Assembly (NCBI GenBank): GCA_946965045.2
Contig: OX337228.1
Coordinates: 4,092,001-4,156,000 of the forward strand
Direction of reading: 5' to 3'
DNA from: Epithemia pelagica
Taxonomy: Eukaryota > Protista > Bacillariophyta
DNA length: 64,000 nt
Both the position numbers and the translations under genes were made by a program. Below the pieces are notes generated by a model. That model was not told the origin of the DNA and ran no database searches. It worked only from the letters and a program-made list of their open reading frames with translations. Each line of letters starts with the position of its first letter. Position 1 is the stretch's first letter. This document shows, in pieces, positions 45,184 to 61,576 of this stretch.

Positions 45184-48100
45184 ATGGAAGAGTCAAGCCA
45201 TGACATTGAATTTGGCACTGTCGGAGAACAGGCCGAAGAAACAGGCTATGACAATAGACCAGATGCAGATGATGACATTGGAAAAGGTCATATTAAGTTT
45301 CCTTCAGGCCAACTTTATGGGCGAAGCAAAGAACTTCATCAGTTACACCAAGAATTTTTATCGATGGAACAGGAGTGTGCAAGCAAAATTGTTTTTGTTG
45401 GAGGGTATTCGGGAACAGGAAAGTCGGCACTTGTCGACAAGTTTATCAAAGAACTCTCAGAGAAGAGCAGTCGCAAAATTTCATACATATCGGGAAAGTT
45501 CGGTCAAATCAAAGCTGGAGAACCGTTCAGGGCACTTGTACAGGCTCTAAATCAATTTGTATTGAAATTATCTCAAGATTCCACAGAGGATGAACTTGAG
45601 CACCTGCTACGACGACTTGCCTTTTCCGATATCTCGTATGGAAGCGATGACGCAGATGTCCTCAAAGGGACTTTAATACCATCTTTGGATGTGTTGCTTA
45701 AAAAGAGGCAACCTCTGTTAAAGCCAGAAGAATCTAGTTGCAATGGAAAGGGAGCAACCATGGATCTAGATTTAAACGCTGTCAAATATGCCTTCACTAA
45801 TTTGATGAAAGCTTTCGCCGAAAAGTCCAGGCCAGTTCTGTTTTGTATCGATGATCTCCAATGGGCTGATGATGCTTCTTTGAAACTTTTGCAAGGACTA
45901 CTTTGTGATAAATCTTTGAAGTATGTCTTCTTCTTTGGGATATTCCGGTCAAATGAGATCGACAATACGCACCACGTATCGGAGATGATGCAGGAGATAG
46001 AGAAGGTCAACGGCGATACACGTGTGTCAAGAATGGAAATATTCAATCTGTCACCAGACAACATTGCTGAATTCATTGCCGACTCAATCGATCGTCCTCC
46101 GGGGGAAGTCGCACCAGTGGCTGAAGCCGTGTACACGAAAACTCTTGGCAATATATTCTTTGTCAAACAGGCCCTTGAGGAACTTGTTCGAAGGAATGCT
46201 TTGTACTATGATGTTGTCATGTTTCAATGGCAATTTGGTGATGTTTCTCGGGTGGAACTGGAGAAGTCTCTCTCCAGTGATGCTGTTGAAATGGTACAGT
46301 CGAAGATTAGGATCCTTCCAAAGGTTCTTCAGACTGCCCTGGCGGTTGCTGCTTTCACAGAGCACACATTCGAATTGGATCTGGTTGTCGCGTTGCTTGA
46401 GGCTGAATCCGAGGAAACTGATTACAAGCAGCTTGAGTCATTGATGCAGTTAGCGTCAGCTGAGGGGCTCATCCTACCCTGTGCTCAGGGCGTTCATGGT
46501 GGTAAGCGTCGCCGCCGTCGAAGCTACAAATTTGCCCATGATTGTATAAGGTAGGCAGCGTGTAATACAGTTCCGAAAGGCATGGAGAGAAATCAGTTAC
46601 TCATTCGAATTGCCAACGTGTTGCAGAGTTATGCGACATTCGAGAAGGATGATTGGATGCTCTTCACAGCTGCGAGGCATCTTAACTCGGTACCCGAAAA
46701 GCTGACAAATCCGACCGAAATGGTGACGTTGAATTTAACGGTTGGTAAAATCGCGAACGCAAAAGGTGCTTTCAATGAAGCTGTTTCATTCTTACACGCT
46801 GCCGCCGATCGCCTCGATCCCATTTCCTGTTGGGAGAATCACTATGAGCTAACTTTAGACGTGAAAAGCATATTGATGGAAACAGAAAACATTTCAGGGA
46901 ACGACCAACGCGCGCTTGATCTACACGAGGAGATCGTTCGTAATGCACGAACCTTGGCAGATAAATCTCGCGCCCATATAGTTTGCGTGGACGCTTTAAG
47001 CAAGAACGGTGATTATGCTCGGGCCGTTGACAAAACCACTAGCATTTTGAAAGCTTATGGAATTGATCTGCCGTCAACTTCCCCGACAGAAATGCAGGTC
47101 AAACGGGAGAAATTCCTCATGAACATGTCGCTTGGTGGCCGTTCTCTGCTTTGTTTGTCTCGATTTCCCATGGCTAACGACGAAGTTTGGGTGGCCCAGA
47201 TACGTCTATGCCAGATGCTTATGCTACTTTCGCAGTATGAGAGGAACTTCAACTATGCCACAATTCTTGGCTTTCGTATATTGAGGCAAGGACTTGAAAA
47301 GAAATCCATAACAAAGGATTTTCCGTTTGTTCTTGTCCTTCTTGCAGGACCACTGAGGCGCGAAGAAAAGTACGAGGCTGCCTTTTCGTTTGCCAATGCT
47401 GCCCTGACTTTAATGGACTTGTTCCCGGGAGGAAAAGGACCTGAATACATAAAATCGAAGATGGCTCTTTATGGGTCCCTGAGCTCTCTTCGTTTGCCCT
47501 TCCGAGATGGGATTAAGAGATTCCTTGATCTAAACAAACAGTTGATTTCGAGGGGGGAAAATGATCTTGGTTTGGGTTGTGGAATGCTAACGATGTTGGC
47601 ATTCTTCAATGCATCATTACCGTTGAATTCCTTCCCCGAGTCTAATCTGCTGTATTTTGAGGAACTATCATCGAATCTCGGGAAGAAGAATATGTGTTTA
47701 ATATTTCAAATGATTCGGCAGTGTCTTTACAACCTCAAAGGTGGGCCCGAGTCATCCCGTTTGCCTGCAGACCTGAATGGGTCTGCGTTCAATGAAGATG
47801 AGTCAACAAAAGCACTTCATGGAGATGCTGCTAGAATGACCATGCGAGATCTCAGCATGATTAGACTGAAACTTGCCGTTGTCTTTGATGTTGAGGCTGT
47901 GATGGATGAGATGCTTGATCGTCTCAAAGATTTTCCGGTGTACGATCTCCCCATTGAACGCCAGCATATTCGCATGTCATATGTTGGTTTTGCATCTCTT
48001 ATTCTAAAGTCAAGAAAGCACATGAAGTGGGCTAAGACTTGCCTTAAGTTTTTTGAGAAACTGGCATCGTTCGGATCACCTAATGCTCCACCAGTGTATG

Positions 48101-48459
48101 CCTGTATGAAGGCCCTGGAAAACCCAAGAAAGACCGTCTTTGACGATGCGATCAGAATTTGTGGGAGTGTCGGTCTGCTCAATCTAAGCGCGCTAATGAA
48201 TGAACGGTGTGGTCTCATGCTCGCAAAAGACAAGAACCAGAACGATATTTCTGGTCTCCATGTTCGTTACCTAAAGAACGCGTTGTGGTTGTATCATGAA
48301 TGGGGCGCGATGGGCAAGGTGGAACATCTACAAAGGCGGTTTCCATTTCTTCGTACGACTTTGAGAGAAAAAACGCCATCTCACATAAGTTCCGTGAGGA
48401 GAAATTCTCTGCTCGAAGGGCCTAGAATAGCATCATGGAGTGGGGCGCATTCCTGCTGA
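45184..48459 (+). pseudogene. STAND/AAA_16-type ATPase with TPR-like helical domain, copy A; in-frame TAG at 46552-46554
   Basis: LYGR, Walker A GYSGTGKS, Walker B CIDDLQWAD, TLGNIFFVKQ. The two ORFs share a frame; AHDRIREAA reads AHDCIR*AA. Confidence 0.85.
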
Positions 48460-48581
48460 AGTTATTATATGATGATTACATTCCGTCTTTACCCCTAGTG
48501 TAGTGGGTATCACTTATTCACCTCGTGGCGATACCCCAATAAATTGGGCAAAAGATCCAATATCAAGAACTCTAGAGACTA

Positions 48582-49014
48582 CCGTAATTTGCGGATTCCT
48601 GTCCCCCCTATAGTCCTGTCCCCCCCACTCCCTTTAAACGTACATGGCCCCCTAACTTTTTATCTGTAGGTTCTTTCTGGGCTTATGGGTTACCCCCACA
48701 TTCCTCACGTTCCGAGCTTTCTATCACACTGCCTGACATTACATGGGAGTGAATCAAAGAGGAGAAACAAGAGATAAAGCATGATGGGTATTATGATTAG
48801 GGTTAAGGCTACGCATTGAAGCACGGTCTTTCCCCTGACTGGAATTGTGCGACCAAACCTTCTCTACAACCCCGAGGTTGAAAATTAATTTACTAAGAAA
48901 ACAATTGTAGTGTGTGAATGGAATCTTAAGAAAAATTATCCAAAATTGCGTAGTCCTGTCCCCCTCCTCTTAATTTTTGTACATTCCGGGGGGACAGGAA
49001 TCCGCAAATTACGG
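48582..49014. mobile_element. Non-autonomous Tc1/mariner (pogo/Tc2-like) MITE, 433 bp
   Basis: Perfect 27-bp TIRs CCGTAATTTGCGGATTCCTGTCCCCCC (48582-48608, 48988-49014) and TA flanks on both sides. Internal TAGTCCTGTCCCCC repeats at ~48611 and ~48951. No ORF. Confidence 0.9.
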
Positions 49015-49338
49015 TAGGTAGAGAGGAGGAATGTGAAAAGCTAACAGACTACCTATGACCACTGGTAACACTCTGCCGTAGGTAGCTATTAGTAACGCAT
49101 AATAATTGAATCATCCATCCCGTATCCCGTTTGCCTCTCCCCTTTTTCTTGCTCTCCTCTCTCTCGTCTTGCCCCCCCCCCATTTTTCCAACGATGACAT
49201 GAACAAAAGTTCCACACAGACATAGAGCTTGTAAAACAAGACAACAGACAAAGCAAAATCTCTGTTCTGCTCGTGGTCTAAAAAGTATGGTTAATCATAT
49301 GAATCAATCCAGGTCTTGACCTATTGAGTGTCACGAAA

Positions 49339-52300
49339 ATGGAGGATTGTAGTAGACAGATTGAATTCGGGACTCTTGCTGAACAGACTGATGAAACACA
49401 CTATGATAACAGACCTGATGCAGACGATGATATTGAAAAAGGACGTATTAAGTTCCCCAACGACAAACTGTACGGGCGAAACGAGGAACTCCAACAATTT
49501 CACAGTATTGTTCAGTCAGTGCTTGCAGATGCGGTCAGCCGGATTGTTTTTCTGGGAGGGTATTCTGGAACAGGGAAATCAACACTTGTAGATGAGTTCA
49601 TCAAACAAGCTGCCAAAGCGAACCTAGGTAGGCAATCTCGCGCACGTTTCTGGAAAGTTTGGTCATATCAGATCGGGAGACCCTTTCATTGCTATCTCAC
49701 AAGCACTGAACATATACGTTGCTAAAGTGAGCCAGGTTTTCGACGACAGTCAGCGTAAGCGTCTTTTGAGTCGTCTTTCCAAAGTTGGTATTTCGTCGGG
49801 AAGCGATGATGCCATTGTTCTACGCGACACACTGGTCCCTTGTTTAGAGTCTCTACTTAATAATACATCATCCACTTCAGCGGAAGAGGGGAATCATGAG
49901 GTTGGTGGTGGAACGAGCATTCGACATGATATGAACAGCATCAAGCACGCGTTCAACAATCTCATCAAAGCTCTTTCCGAAGAAAACAGTCCTTTGCTTT
50001 TATGTATCGATGATCTCCAGTGGGCGGATGATGCATCCCTACAGCTGATCCGTGGATTGCTTAAGGACAAGACACTTAAGAGCACATTGTTCATTGGCAT
50101 GTATCGATCGAATGAGGTAGATGAGGATCACGAGCTAACGAAGATCATGCAGGAAGTAGAAACCTGTCGTGGTACTGAGTTTGTTTCCCGAATCAAAATC
50201 TTCAACCTTTCGCCAGAAAGTGTTCTCGAATTTATTGCGGATTCTATTGACCGGGAACCCCAGGATGTTGGACCGGTTGCTGAAGCAGTCTACACAAAAA
50301 CACTTGGCAATATATTTTTCGTAAAGCAGGCGATTGAAGAACTTGTTCGGAAAAACGCTCTGTACTACGATATGATGATGTTTGAGTGGCAGTTTAGCGA
50401 TGTTTCACAAGTAGAGATGGAAAAGTGTCTTTCCGATGATGTTATCAAGATGGTGAAGGCAAAGTTGCTTACACTTCCAGAAATGCTGCAGCGCGCACTG
50501 GCTCTTGCAGCCTATACAAAGAACGATTTCGATTTAGATTTGCTCTCTGGTTTGTGTGCCAAGGATTCTGTTACAAAGGACCTCGTGGAGCTGGAACACA
50601 CGATGAAACAAGCAAACGTGGAAGGATTGGTTTTAACTGACCTTGCCAATCGGAAGCCCAATAGTCATCACCGTGGAAATAAAAGCTACAGGTTTGCCCA
50701 TGATCGTATTCGTGAAGCGGCGTGCGCCTCCATTCCTGAGGGCACAGAAAGAGACAAAGTTCTAGTTCACATATCGAAAGTTCTTCTTCAACGTGGTTCA
50801 CCAGAGAAAGATGATTGGATGTTGTTTGTAGCCGCAAGGCACCTAAACTCTGTTCCAGTAAACCTGACCGACGCTACCGACGTTGCAGCCTTAAACTTGG
50901 CTGTTGGAAAGATTGCTTACTCAAAGGGAGCATTCCGTGAGGCAGTGGTTTTCTTGCGAAGTGGAGTAGAACGACTGGACTCCTCATCTTGTTGGAATGA
51001 TCACCATGAGCTGACACTGGACCTGAAAAGTACCCTGATGGAAACGGAGAACTTTTTAGGGAATCAAGAGAAAACGCTCGACATTTCCGAGGAAATAGTC
51101 GCCAACGCTCGAACACTTGCAGAGAAATCCCGTGCTCATATAGCTTGTGTGGCCGCTACAGCAAAAAAGAGTGAGTTTTCGCTTGCTGTGGACAAAGCCG
51201 CCCAAATTTTGAAAATACATGGCATCCATGTTCCAAAAAGATCTCCGACGAAGATCCAAGTAAGACGAGAGAAAGCCCGTCTCACGCTGGCATTGCGCGG
51301 ACGATCACTTGTTTGTCTGTCGAAATTTCCTATAGCAAGTGATGAAATTGTTGAGACGAAGATGAAGCTTGTTCAGATGCTGACGATTTATGCACATTTT
51401 CAAAAGCAAGCTAATCTTCCCACAATGTTAGGTCATCGAATGTTACGGGAGGGATTGAAGAAGAGAGCGATAACCAAAGATTTCCCCTTTGTGCTGGTGC
51501 TTTTGGCGAGTCCTCTTCGACAGCAGGAGAAGTACAATGCCGCCTTTTCGTACGCAAATGCCGCTATTGCCCTCATGGCACGTTTTCCCGAGGAGAGAGG
51601 GCTCGAATTTTTGAAAGGAAAAATGGCCCTCTATGCGTCACTGCGATGTTTGCGGTCTCCATTCAGAGATGACATTGAGACATTCTTTGATTTGAACAAA
51701 CAGCTTCTCTCGAAAGGAGAAAACGGAAGTGGCTTGGGTGCTGGGATGCTCGCAATGTACTGTTTTCTCGATGCATCTCTTCCGCTGAGTTCCCTTCTCG
51801 AGCCAAAGTTATTGCTGTTTGAAGAGGCGGCATCTGAGGTTGGTATCAAATCGTTCGTCCTCGTTTTCCGCATGATCAGGCAGTGTTTGTATAACCTACA
51901 AGGATGTCTCAATGCTTCGTTTGTACCAACGGACCTGAATGGCTCAGCATTTAATGAAGAAACGGTGATGCCAGAGCTAGGAGGGGAGACTGCGCGGATG
52001 ACTTTTCGAGACATTTCTATCATTCGGCTTCAACTTGCTGTCATTTTTGACAGTGAGACTGTCATGGACGAAATGTTGGATCGACTCGATAAGTATCCGG
52101 TAGATGACCTTGCAATAGTGCGACAGCACATTCGTATGTCGTACGTGGGTTTCGCTTCTCTCATATTGAAGTAAAAAAAACACCAAAAGTGGGCCAAAAA
52201 ATCCATGAATTTTTTTAGAAAGACTTTCTCTCTTTGGTTCAACGAATGCACAACCGGTGTATGCTTGTATGAAGGCTCTTGAGAAACCCAGCGAAGAGAC

Positions 52301-52616
52301 TTTCGAACAGGCCATACAAGTGTGTGGTAATGCTGGCCTCTTCAATCTGACTGCTTTAATGAATGAGCGATGTGGATTAATGTTGATGAACCAAAACGCT
52401 TCAAACGACAAGGTGGAAAATTATCTCAAAAATGCAATATGGTTGTACCACGACTGGGGGGCTACAGGAAAGGTTTCACATATGCAAACTCGCTTTCCAT
52501 TCCTGCAGAACGCGATGCAAGAAAAGGTTCCATCGCAACTTAGTTCCGTAAGACGGAAATGCTCCATGCTCGGAGTACCAAGAACTGCGACAGTCAGTGA
52601 CACACCGTCAAACTAA
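49339..52616 (+). pseudogene. STAND/AAA_16-type ATPase with TPR-like domain, copy B; frameshifts at ~49625 and ~52216, TAA at 52172-52174
   Basis: Collinear with copies A and C across three ORF fragments; same Walker A/B motifs. Confidence 0.85.
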
Positions 52617-52818
52617 ACCTCTAGGAGTACTTCCGTTTGAGGACAATGAAGTTTGCCGTGGACTCGACCCGAACAGTCCCATCATTGAATAACTCTGACG
52701 TTGCGAAGTTATCATCTACTTTTTATATCCAGTTGATTCCACGCGATCAGTCCATTCACTGCACCACTCTTACGCTTGTCGAGAAGGCCTGAAAGTCTAT
52801 ATCTTCGAGTGCGACTGC

Positions 52819-56795
<3,977 letters not shown>

Positions 56796-57123
56796 GGCCT
56801 TCGGCGCTGTGTTGTTGCTTTGTTTTGAGACCCGGTTTTTTTTCTGTCCAACTGATGCGGTCGCGAGAAAACTTTCAGTCACGTATAGATTTCTCCATGA
56901 AACGTGTAATATAGTGTATAGTGGTCCTAAGAAGGTAACCTTTGAAGTATGATGTAAGAATGGGACATGATGTATGAATGCTACTACTAAAATCACTAAT
57001 TTATTCTGCAACAGAAGCAGAGGGTTATTGTAGAACAGAATAACTCCAAGAGATCCAGAGCCCTGAAAGAATCAGGATAAAAGAAGATCTCCCGACAACG
57101 CAAGTTCTTGCAGTCTCCCGGTT

Positions 57124-60100
57124 TTAGTTCGAATGTAAGTCACTCAATGTTGCAGTTCGTGGTACCCCAAGCATAGCACACTTTCGTCTCACGGAGCTGA
57201 GCTGAGATGGAACTTTCTCTTGCATCGCTTCTCGAAGGAATGGGAAACGGGATTGCATCTGTGACACCTTTCCCGTTGCCCCCCAATCATGATAAAGCCA
57301 TATTGAATTCCTCAAATAATCTTCACATAGTTCTTTGTCTGGATTCTTTATGTCTTCGTTCATGAGCATCAGTCCGCATCGTTCGTTCATGAGAGCGGTG
57401 AGGTTAAAAAGACCGGCATTGCCACAGATCTGGATGGCATCGTCAAACGCCTCAACCGAAGGCTTGTCCAGAGCTTTCATACAGGCGTAAACAGGTTGAG
57501 CATTGGGCGATCCAAACCGTGAAAGCTTCTCGAAAAATTGTAACGACGTTTTGGCCCACTTGGCGTGTTTCTGCGAGTTCAACATCAACGCGGCGAAACC
57601 GACGTAGGACATGCGAATGTGTTGCCGTTCAACTGGCAAATCGTATACCGGATACTCATCCAGACGATCCAGCATGGAATCCATTACAGACTCATTGTCA
57701 AAGATCACGGCAAGTTTTAGTCGGATGATACTTATGTCCCGGAAAGTCATTCGTGCAGTGTTTCCTTCGAGCTCATCCATTACTTGAGCTTCATTGAAAG
57801 CCGCGCCATCAAGTTCTGTCGGAATCGGGGATGCCTTCATACCGCCTTGAAGGTTGTAGAGACATTGTCGAAGCAAACAGAAAACCACACGAAATGATTT
57901 GATCCCTAAAGTGACTGCCATCTCTTCCAGAAGCAACAACTTCGGTTCAAGAAGAGAATTCAGCGGTAGAGAAGCATTTAGAAACGCGTACATACCAAGC
58001 ATCCCTGCTCCCAATCCCATACCATTTTCTCCTTTGGCAAGTAAAAGCTTGTTAAGCTCCAAGAACGTCTCGATGGCTTCTCGGAACGGCAATCGAAGAC
58101 AACTCAAAGAACCATACAGGGTGAACTTCCCCTTTATGTATTCGAGCCCTGTTTCCTCCGGATAACGATTCATGAGAGCAATAGCCGCATTCGCATATGA
58201 AAATGCCGCCTCGTACTTTTCGTCCTTGCGCAAAGGGCCTCCAAGGAAAACCAATACTCCGGGAAAGTCCTTCGTGATCGCCTTCTTAGCTAAACCTTCA
58301 CGCAGCATTCGGAACCCAAACATTGCAGCAAGATTTACTTGTTTCTCGAAATTAGCCAACCTCATCAGGAGCTGGACAAGCCTCATCTTTGCAACGAGAA
58401 CGTCATCTTTAGCAACCGGAAATTTGGCTAAACACAGCAGCGACCTGCCGCGAAGAGCGATTTTTAAACGGAACTTTTCACGTTTCAAATGGCCGTCTGT
58501 TGGAGTGACAGAAGGTATATCGAGACCATATAGTTTCAAAATCTCGGTGGCCTTGCTTATAGCATCCGAAAATTCACTGCTTTTACTGGTCGCATCAACA
58601 CATACAAAATGAGCACGTGTTTTCTCTGACAAGGTGTGCGCCTTTTTGCATATTTCGTCAGACAATGAAAGGGCTTTCTCATGACAACCAATTGAGTTCT
58701 CCGTTTCCATCAAAGTTGATTTCAAGTCTAAGGCCAATTGATAATGATCTTCCCAGCATGAGGAATCCAGGCGGTCTGACCCAGCACGGAGAAAGACAGC
58801 TGCTTCATTGAATGCTCCTTTCGAATTCGCGATCTTTCCAACAGTCAAGTTGAGCGCGGCCATGTCGATTGCGTTCGTCATGGTGCTGGGAACAGAGTTC
58901 ATGTGGCGTGCAGCCGAAAAGAGCATCCAATCGTTTTTCTCTGGTGTACCCTTCTGTAAAAGTACTTTTGATATTCGAATCAGCAACCGATCTCTCTCTG
59001 CGCCTGACGGGACAGACGCACACGCTGCTTCACGGATTCGGTCATGCGCAAATAGGTAGGTTCGTTTGCCACCGCGCTTACCCCTTGGTCCCACAGGGTT
59101 CGATTTAAGAATCAACCCTTCTATGAAAGCTTGATTCAACATCTTGTCTAGCCTCATGGTAGTCATTTGCATCGATTTTGATGAGAGTAAATCTGCCAAA
59201 AGATCCAGTTCGATGGTATTCTTTGTGTAGGCAGCAACAGCGAGAGCTCGTTGGAGGGAGTTTGGCAACGTACGTAACTTCGACTGCACCATCTCAATGA
59301 CATCGTCAGAAAGGCATTTTTCCAGCTCTACCCGAGACACATCTCCGAATTGCCATTGAAACATAACCATATCATAGTACAATGCATTCTTCCGAACAAG
59401 CTCCTCGAAAGCTTGCTTCACGAAAAAAATATTGCCCAGTGTTTTCGTGTAGACAGCTTCAGCAACTGGGTCGACTTCCTTGGGAGATCTGTCTATACAG
59501 TCAGCAATGAACTCGGCGATGCTGTCTGGGGAAAGGTTGAAGATTTCCATTCGTGTTGTCAATTCTGTACCCCGAGCCTCTTCTATGTGCTTCATAGTCT
59601 TGGACAACTCATGATCATCATCAATCTCGTTTGCCCTATACATTCCAATGAATATAACGCATTTGAGCGTTTTATCAGATAGTACCCCCTTCAAAAGGTC
59701 CAAAGAAGCGGCATCAGCCCACTGCAGGTCATCAATGCAAATCGAAATCGGCCGACTTTTGTCAGCCAGAGCCTTGACAAATCCTTTCAGAGCAAACTTG
59801 ATGGCAGAGATGTCATGAATGAAACTTCCGCGAACTTCTGCGTTCTGGTTACTTTTGGCAGACTCTGGTGCATCTCTCTGGAGTAAACCATCCAAAGAAG
59901 GAACGAGGGTTTGCTTCAAAATGATTGCATCATCACTTCCTGCCGATATCCTGACTTTGGCTAGCCTTCTCTGGAGCGATTGTATCTCTTTCGTGCTAGC
60001 ATCTTGTGTTAACTGTAACACGTATTGATTCAACGCATGCGAGATGGCCGAGAATGGCTCGCCTGCTTTGATTTGCCCATACTTTCCGGACAAGAATCCA

Positions 60101-60402
60101 ACGTTGCCTTTGCCATTTCCCCGTAGTTCTGTTTGAAAGCGGTCAATGAGAGTAGACTTTCCGGTCCCAGAGTATCCCCCTAAGAATATTATCCTGCTGG
60201 TGAAATCGTTTTCAAATGATTTGAAGATATCATGAAGCTGCAGAAGTTCCTTTTCTCGCCCGTACAACTTTTTGTCGGGAAACTTGATGCGACCCTTTTC
60301 CAAATCATCATCGGCGTCGCATCTCTCATCGTAATAGGCCTCATCTTCTTGTTCCGCTAAAGTTCCAAACTCAATCTGGTTGTAATCTTCCATTGATCCC
60401 AT
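57124..60402 (-). CDS. STAND/AAA_16-type ATPase with TPR-like helical domain, copy C (intact, 1092 aa)
   Basis: KLYGREKE, GGYSGTGKS, CIDDLQWAD, GNIFFVKQ, YLFAHDRIREAA and C-terminal YHDWGATGKV. No kinase, GAF or HisK domain. Confidence 0.9.
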   Translation of the reverse strand: MGSMEDYNQIEFGTLAEQEDEAYYDERCDADDDLEKGRIKFPDKKLYGREKELLQLHDIFKSFENDFTSRIIFLGGYSGTGKSTLIDRFQTELRGNGKGNVGFLSGKYGQIKAGEPFSAISHALNQYVLQLTQDASTKEIQSLQRRLAKVRISAGSDDAIILKQTLVPSLDGLLQRDAPESAKSNQNAEVRGSFIHDISAIKFALKGFVKALADKSRPISICIDDLQWADAASLDLLKGVLSDKTLKCVIFIGMYRANEIDDDHELSKTMKHIEEARGTELTTRMEIFNLSPDSIAEFIADCIDRSPKEVDPVAEAVYTKTLGNIFFVKQAFEELVRKNALYYDMVMFQWQFGDVSRVELEKCLSDDVIEMVQSKLRTLPNSLQRALAVAAYTKNTIELDLLADLLSSKSMQMTTMRLDKMLNQAFIEGLILKSNPVGPRGKRGGKRTYLFAHDRIREAACASVPSGAERDRLLIRISKVLLQKGTPEKNDWMLFSAARHMNSVPSTMTNAIDMAALNLTVGKIANSKGAFNEAAVFLRAGSDRLDSSCWEDHYQLALDLKSTLMETENSIGCHEKALSLSDEICKKAHTLSEKTRAHFVCVDATSKSSEFSDAISKATEILKLYGLDIPSVTPTDGHLKREKFRLKIALRGRSLLCLAKFPVAKDDVLVAKMRLVQLLMRLANFEKQVNLAAMFGFRMLREGLAKKAITKDFPGVLVFLGGPLRKDEKYEAAFSYANAAIALMNRYPEETGLEYIKGKFTLYGSLSCLRLPFREAIETFLELNKLLLAKGENGMGLGAGMLGMYAFLNASLPLNSLLEPKLLLLEEMAVTLGIKSFRVVFCLLRQCLYNLQGGMKASPIPTELDGAAFNEAQVMDELEGNTARMTFRDISIIRLKLAVIFDNESVMDSMLDRLDEYPVYDLPVERQHIRMSYVGFAALMLNSQKHAKWAKTSLQFFEKLSRFGSPNAQPVYACMKALDKPSVEAFDDAIQICGNAGLFNLTALMNERCGLMLMNEDIKNPDKELCEDYLRNSIWLYHDWGATGKVSQMQSRFPFLREAMQEKVPSQLSSVRRKCAMLGVPRTATLSDLHSN

Positions 60403-60636
60403 GTTGACGGCCTGATTGGTTTCATTGAGGGAACGTGGAATGCGGATGTGCTTTTATTTCTCCCCTCCGTCTCGTTTCAGAATCCGGTGATGCTTGAGAT
60501 TGACCCATTTAGATAGAGGTGTGAAGCGAGATGCTATAACCACGTCACCCATCATCTATGCTAGTGAGCAGTCTTCCAGTTTTGGTTGGACCTTGGAGGA
60601 CCGACCCACCCAACACCCAACACATTCACATTCACT

Positions 60637-61576
60637 CAAGGATGTAAGTAGGTCACGTCACGGACCCCCTTACTGACTTGACGTGACCAGATTTTGACCA
60701 AAGGGTGACTTCTTTTAATCCAATTAGTCAAATGGGTGACGCATTAGGTACTCCGCAATAACACACATTTACTAAGCTACGGATGCTTACATCTAATGAA
60801 GAGTGATCTCTAGATCTGATGTTGACTCTCCATCTCCTAATGGTACTTGAACGCTCCCATAATAGTCGGGAGACTCGGGAGTGGTCTAGGTTGTTTGTTG
60901 TTGTGGCACTGTTATTCCTTGGCGTTGCTTCCCGTGTCAATGTGCGTCCATTGCCATTGTTCTTCATGAAGTGAGCACATGCCTGGCATTTACTCAGGTG
61001 TTTCTTGCAATTGTCAGGACGTTTTCGGTGCTGCTTGGGTTGTTTGGGTGCATACCAAAGTTGATGAGTCTTGTGTTTGTCCATTATTTGCTGGAAGTCT
61101 CTCTCGCAGTGAAGACAAATGACATACATGTTACCAGTTCGTCGTCCAATCTCTTTGAAGTGCCTGTAGAGGTCACGGTTTGCTGCATACGATGAGCGTT
61201 GCCCTTGATTTTTCTTCGTTCTATCTGGTGCTTGTTCTCCATGCGCTGTTGTTTCTGCTGCTGCATCCTCTTCTTCTTCGTTATCACATTCATTAGAAGA
61301 GTCACCTTCACCTTCAGGGTCGTACTCCTCGTCTTCATCCCCGGATGACACAGGTGGTTGTGGTTCATCGTCTACCTCCATGCTTCTTGTTTTTTTCTCA
61401 TTTTTGTACGTTTCTCGTCGCATGGAATTGCACCAACGAAGCCCGGGGAAGAAAAAAGAATTTTTTTAAATTGGTCACCAAATTGGTCACGGCCCAATAG
61501 GCTGACGTGACTTGTGACGCTTTCGGTCAATTCGTCAGACGTAAAAAAAACTGACTTGTCAGCACTTACATCCTTG
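60637..61576 (-). mobile_element. Internally deleted hAT-like DNA transposon (940 bp)
   Basis: 13-bp TIRs CAAGGATGTAAGT / ACTTACATCCTTG; TTCACT flanks both ends; nine GTGAC/GTCAC subterminal pentamers; BED-finger ORF inside. Confidence 0.75.
60728..61423 (-). CDS. BED zinc-finger ORF (probable N-terminal transposase remnant)
   Basis: LYRHF...VICLHC...KKHLSKC pattern after an acidic N-terminus; no DDE core. Confidence 0.6.
   Translation of the reverse strand: MRRETYKNEKKTRSMEVDDEPQPPVSSGDEDEEYDPEGEGDSSNECDNEEEEDAAAETTAHGEQAPDRTKKNQGQRSSYAANRDLYRHFKEIGRRTGNMYVICLHCERDFQQIMDKHKTHQLWYAPKQPKQHRKRPDNCKKHLSKCQACAHFMKNNGNGRTLTREATPRNNSATTTNNLDHSRVSRLLWERSSTIRRWRVNIRSRDHSSLDVSIRSLVNVCYCGVPNASPI

Noticed and set aside
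46548-46560. Intron removing the TAG in STAND copy A
   Set aside because: AG-GTAGGCAG is far too short, and paralogs are collinear here (GAG to TAG).
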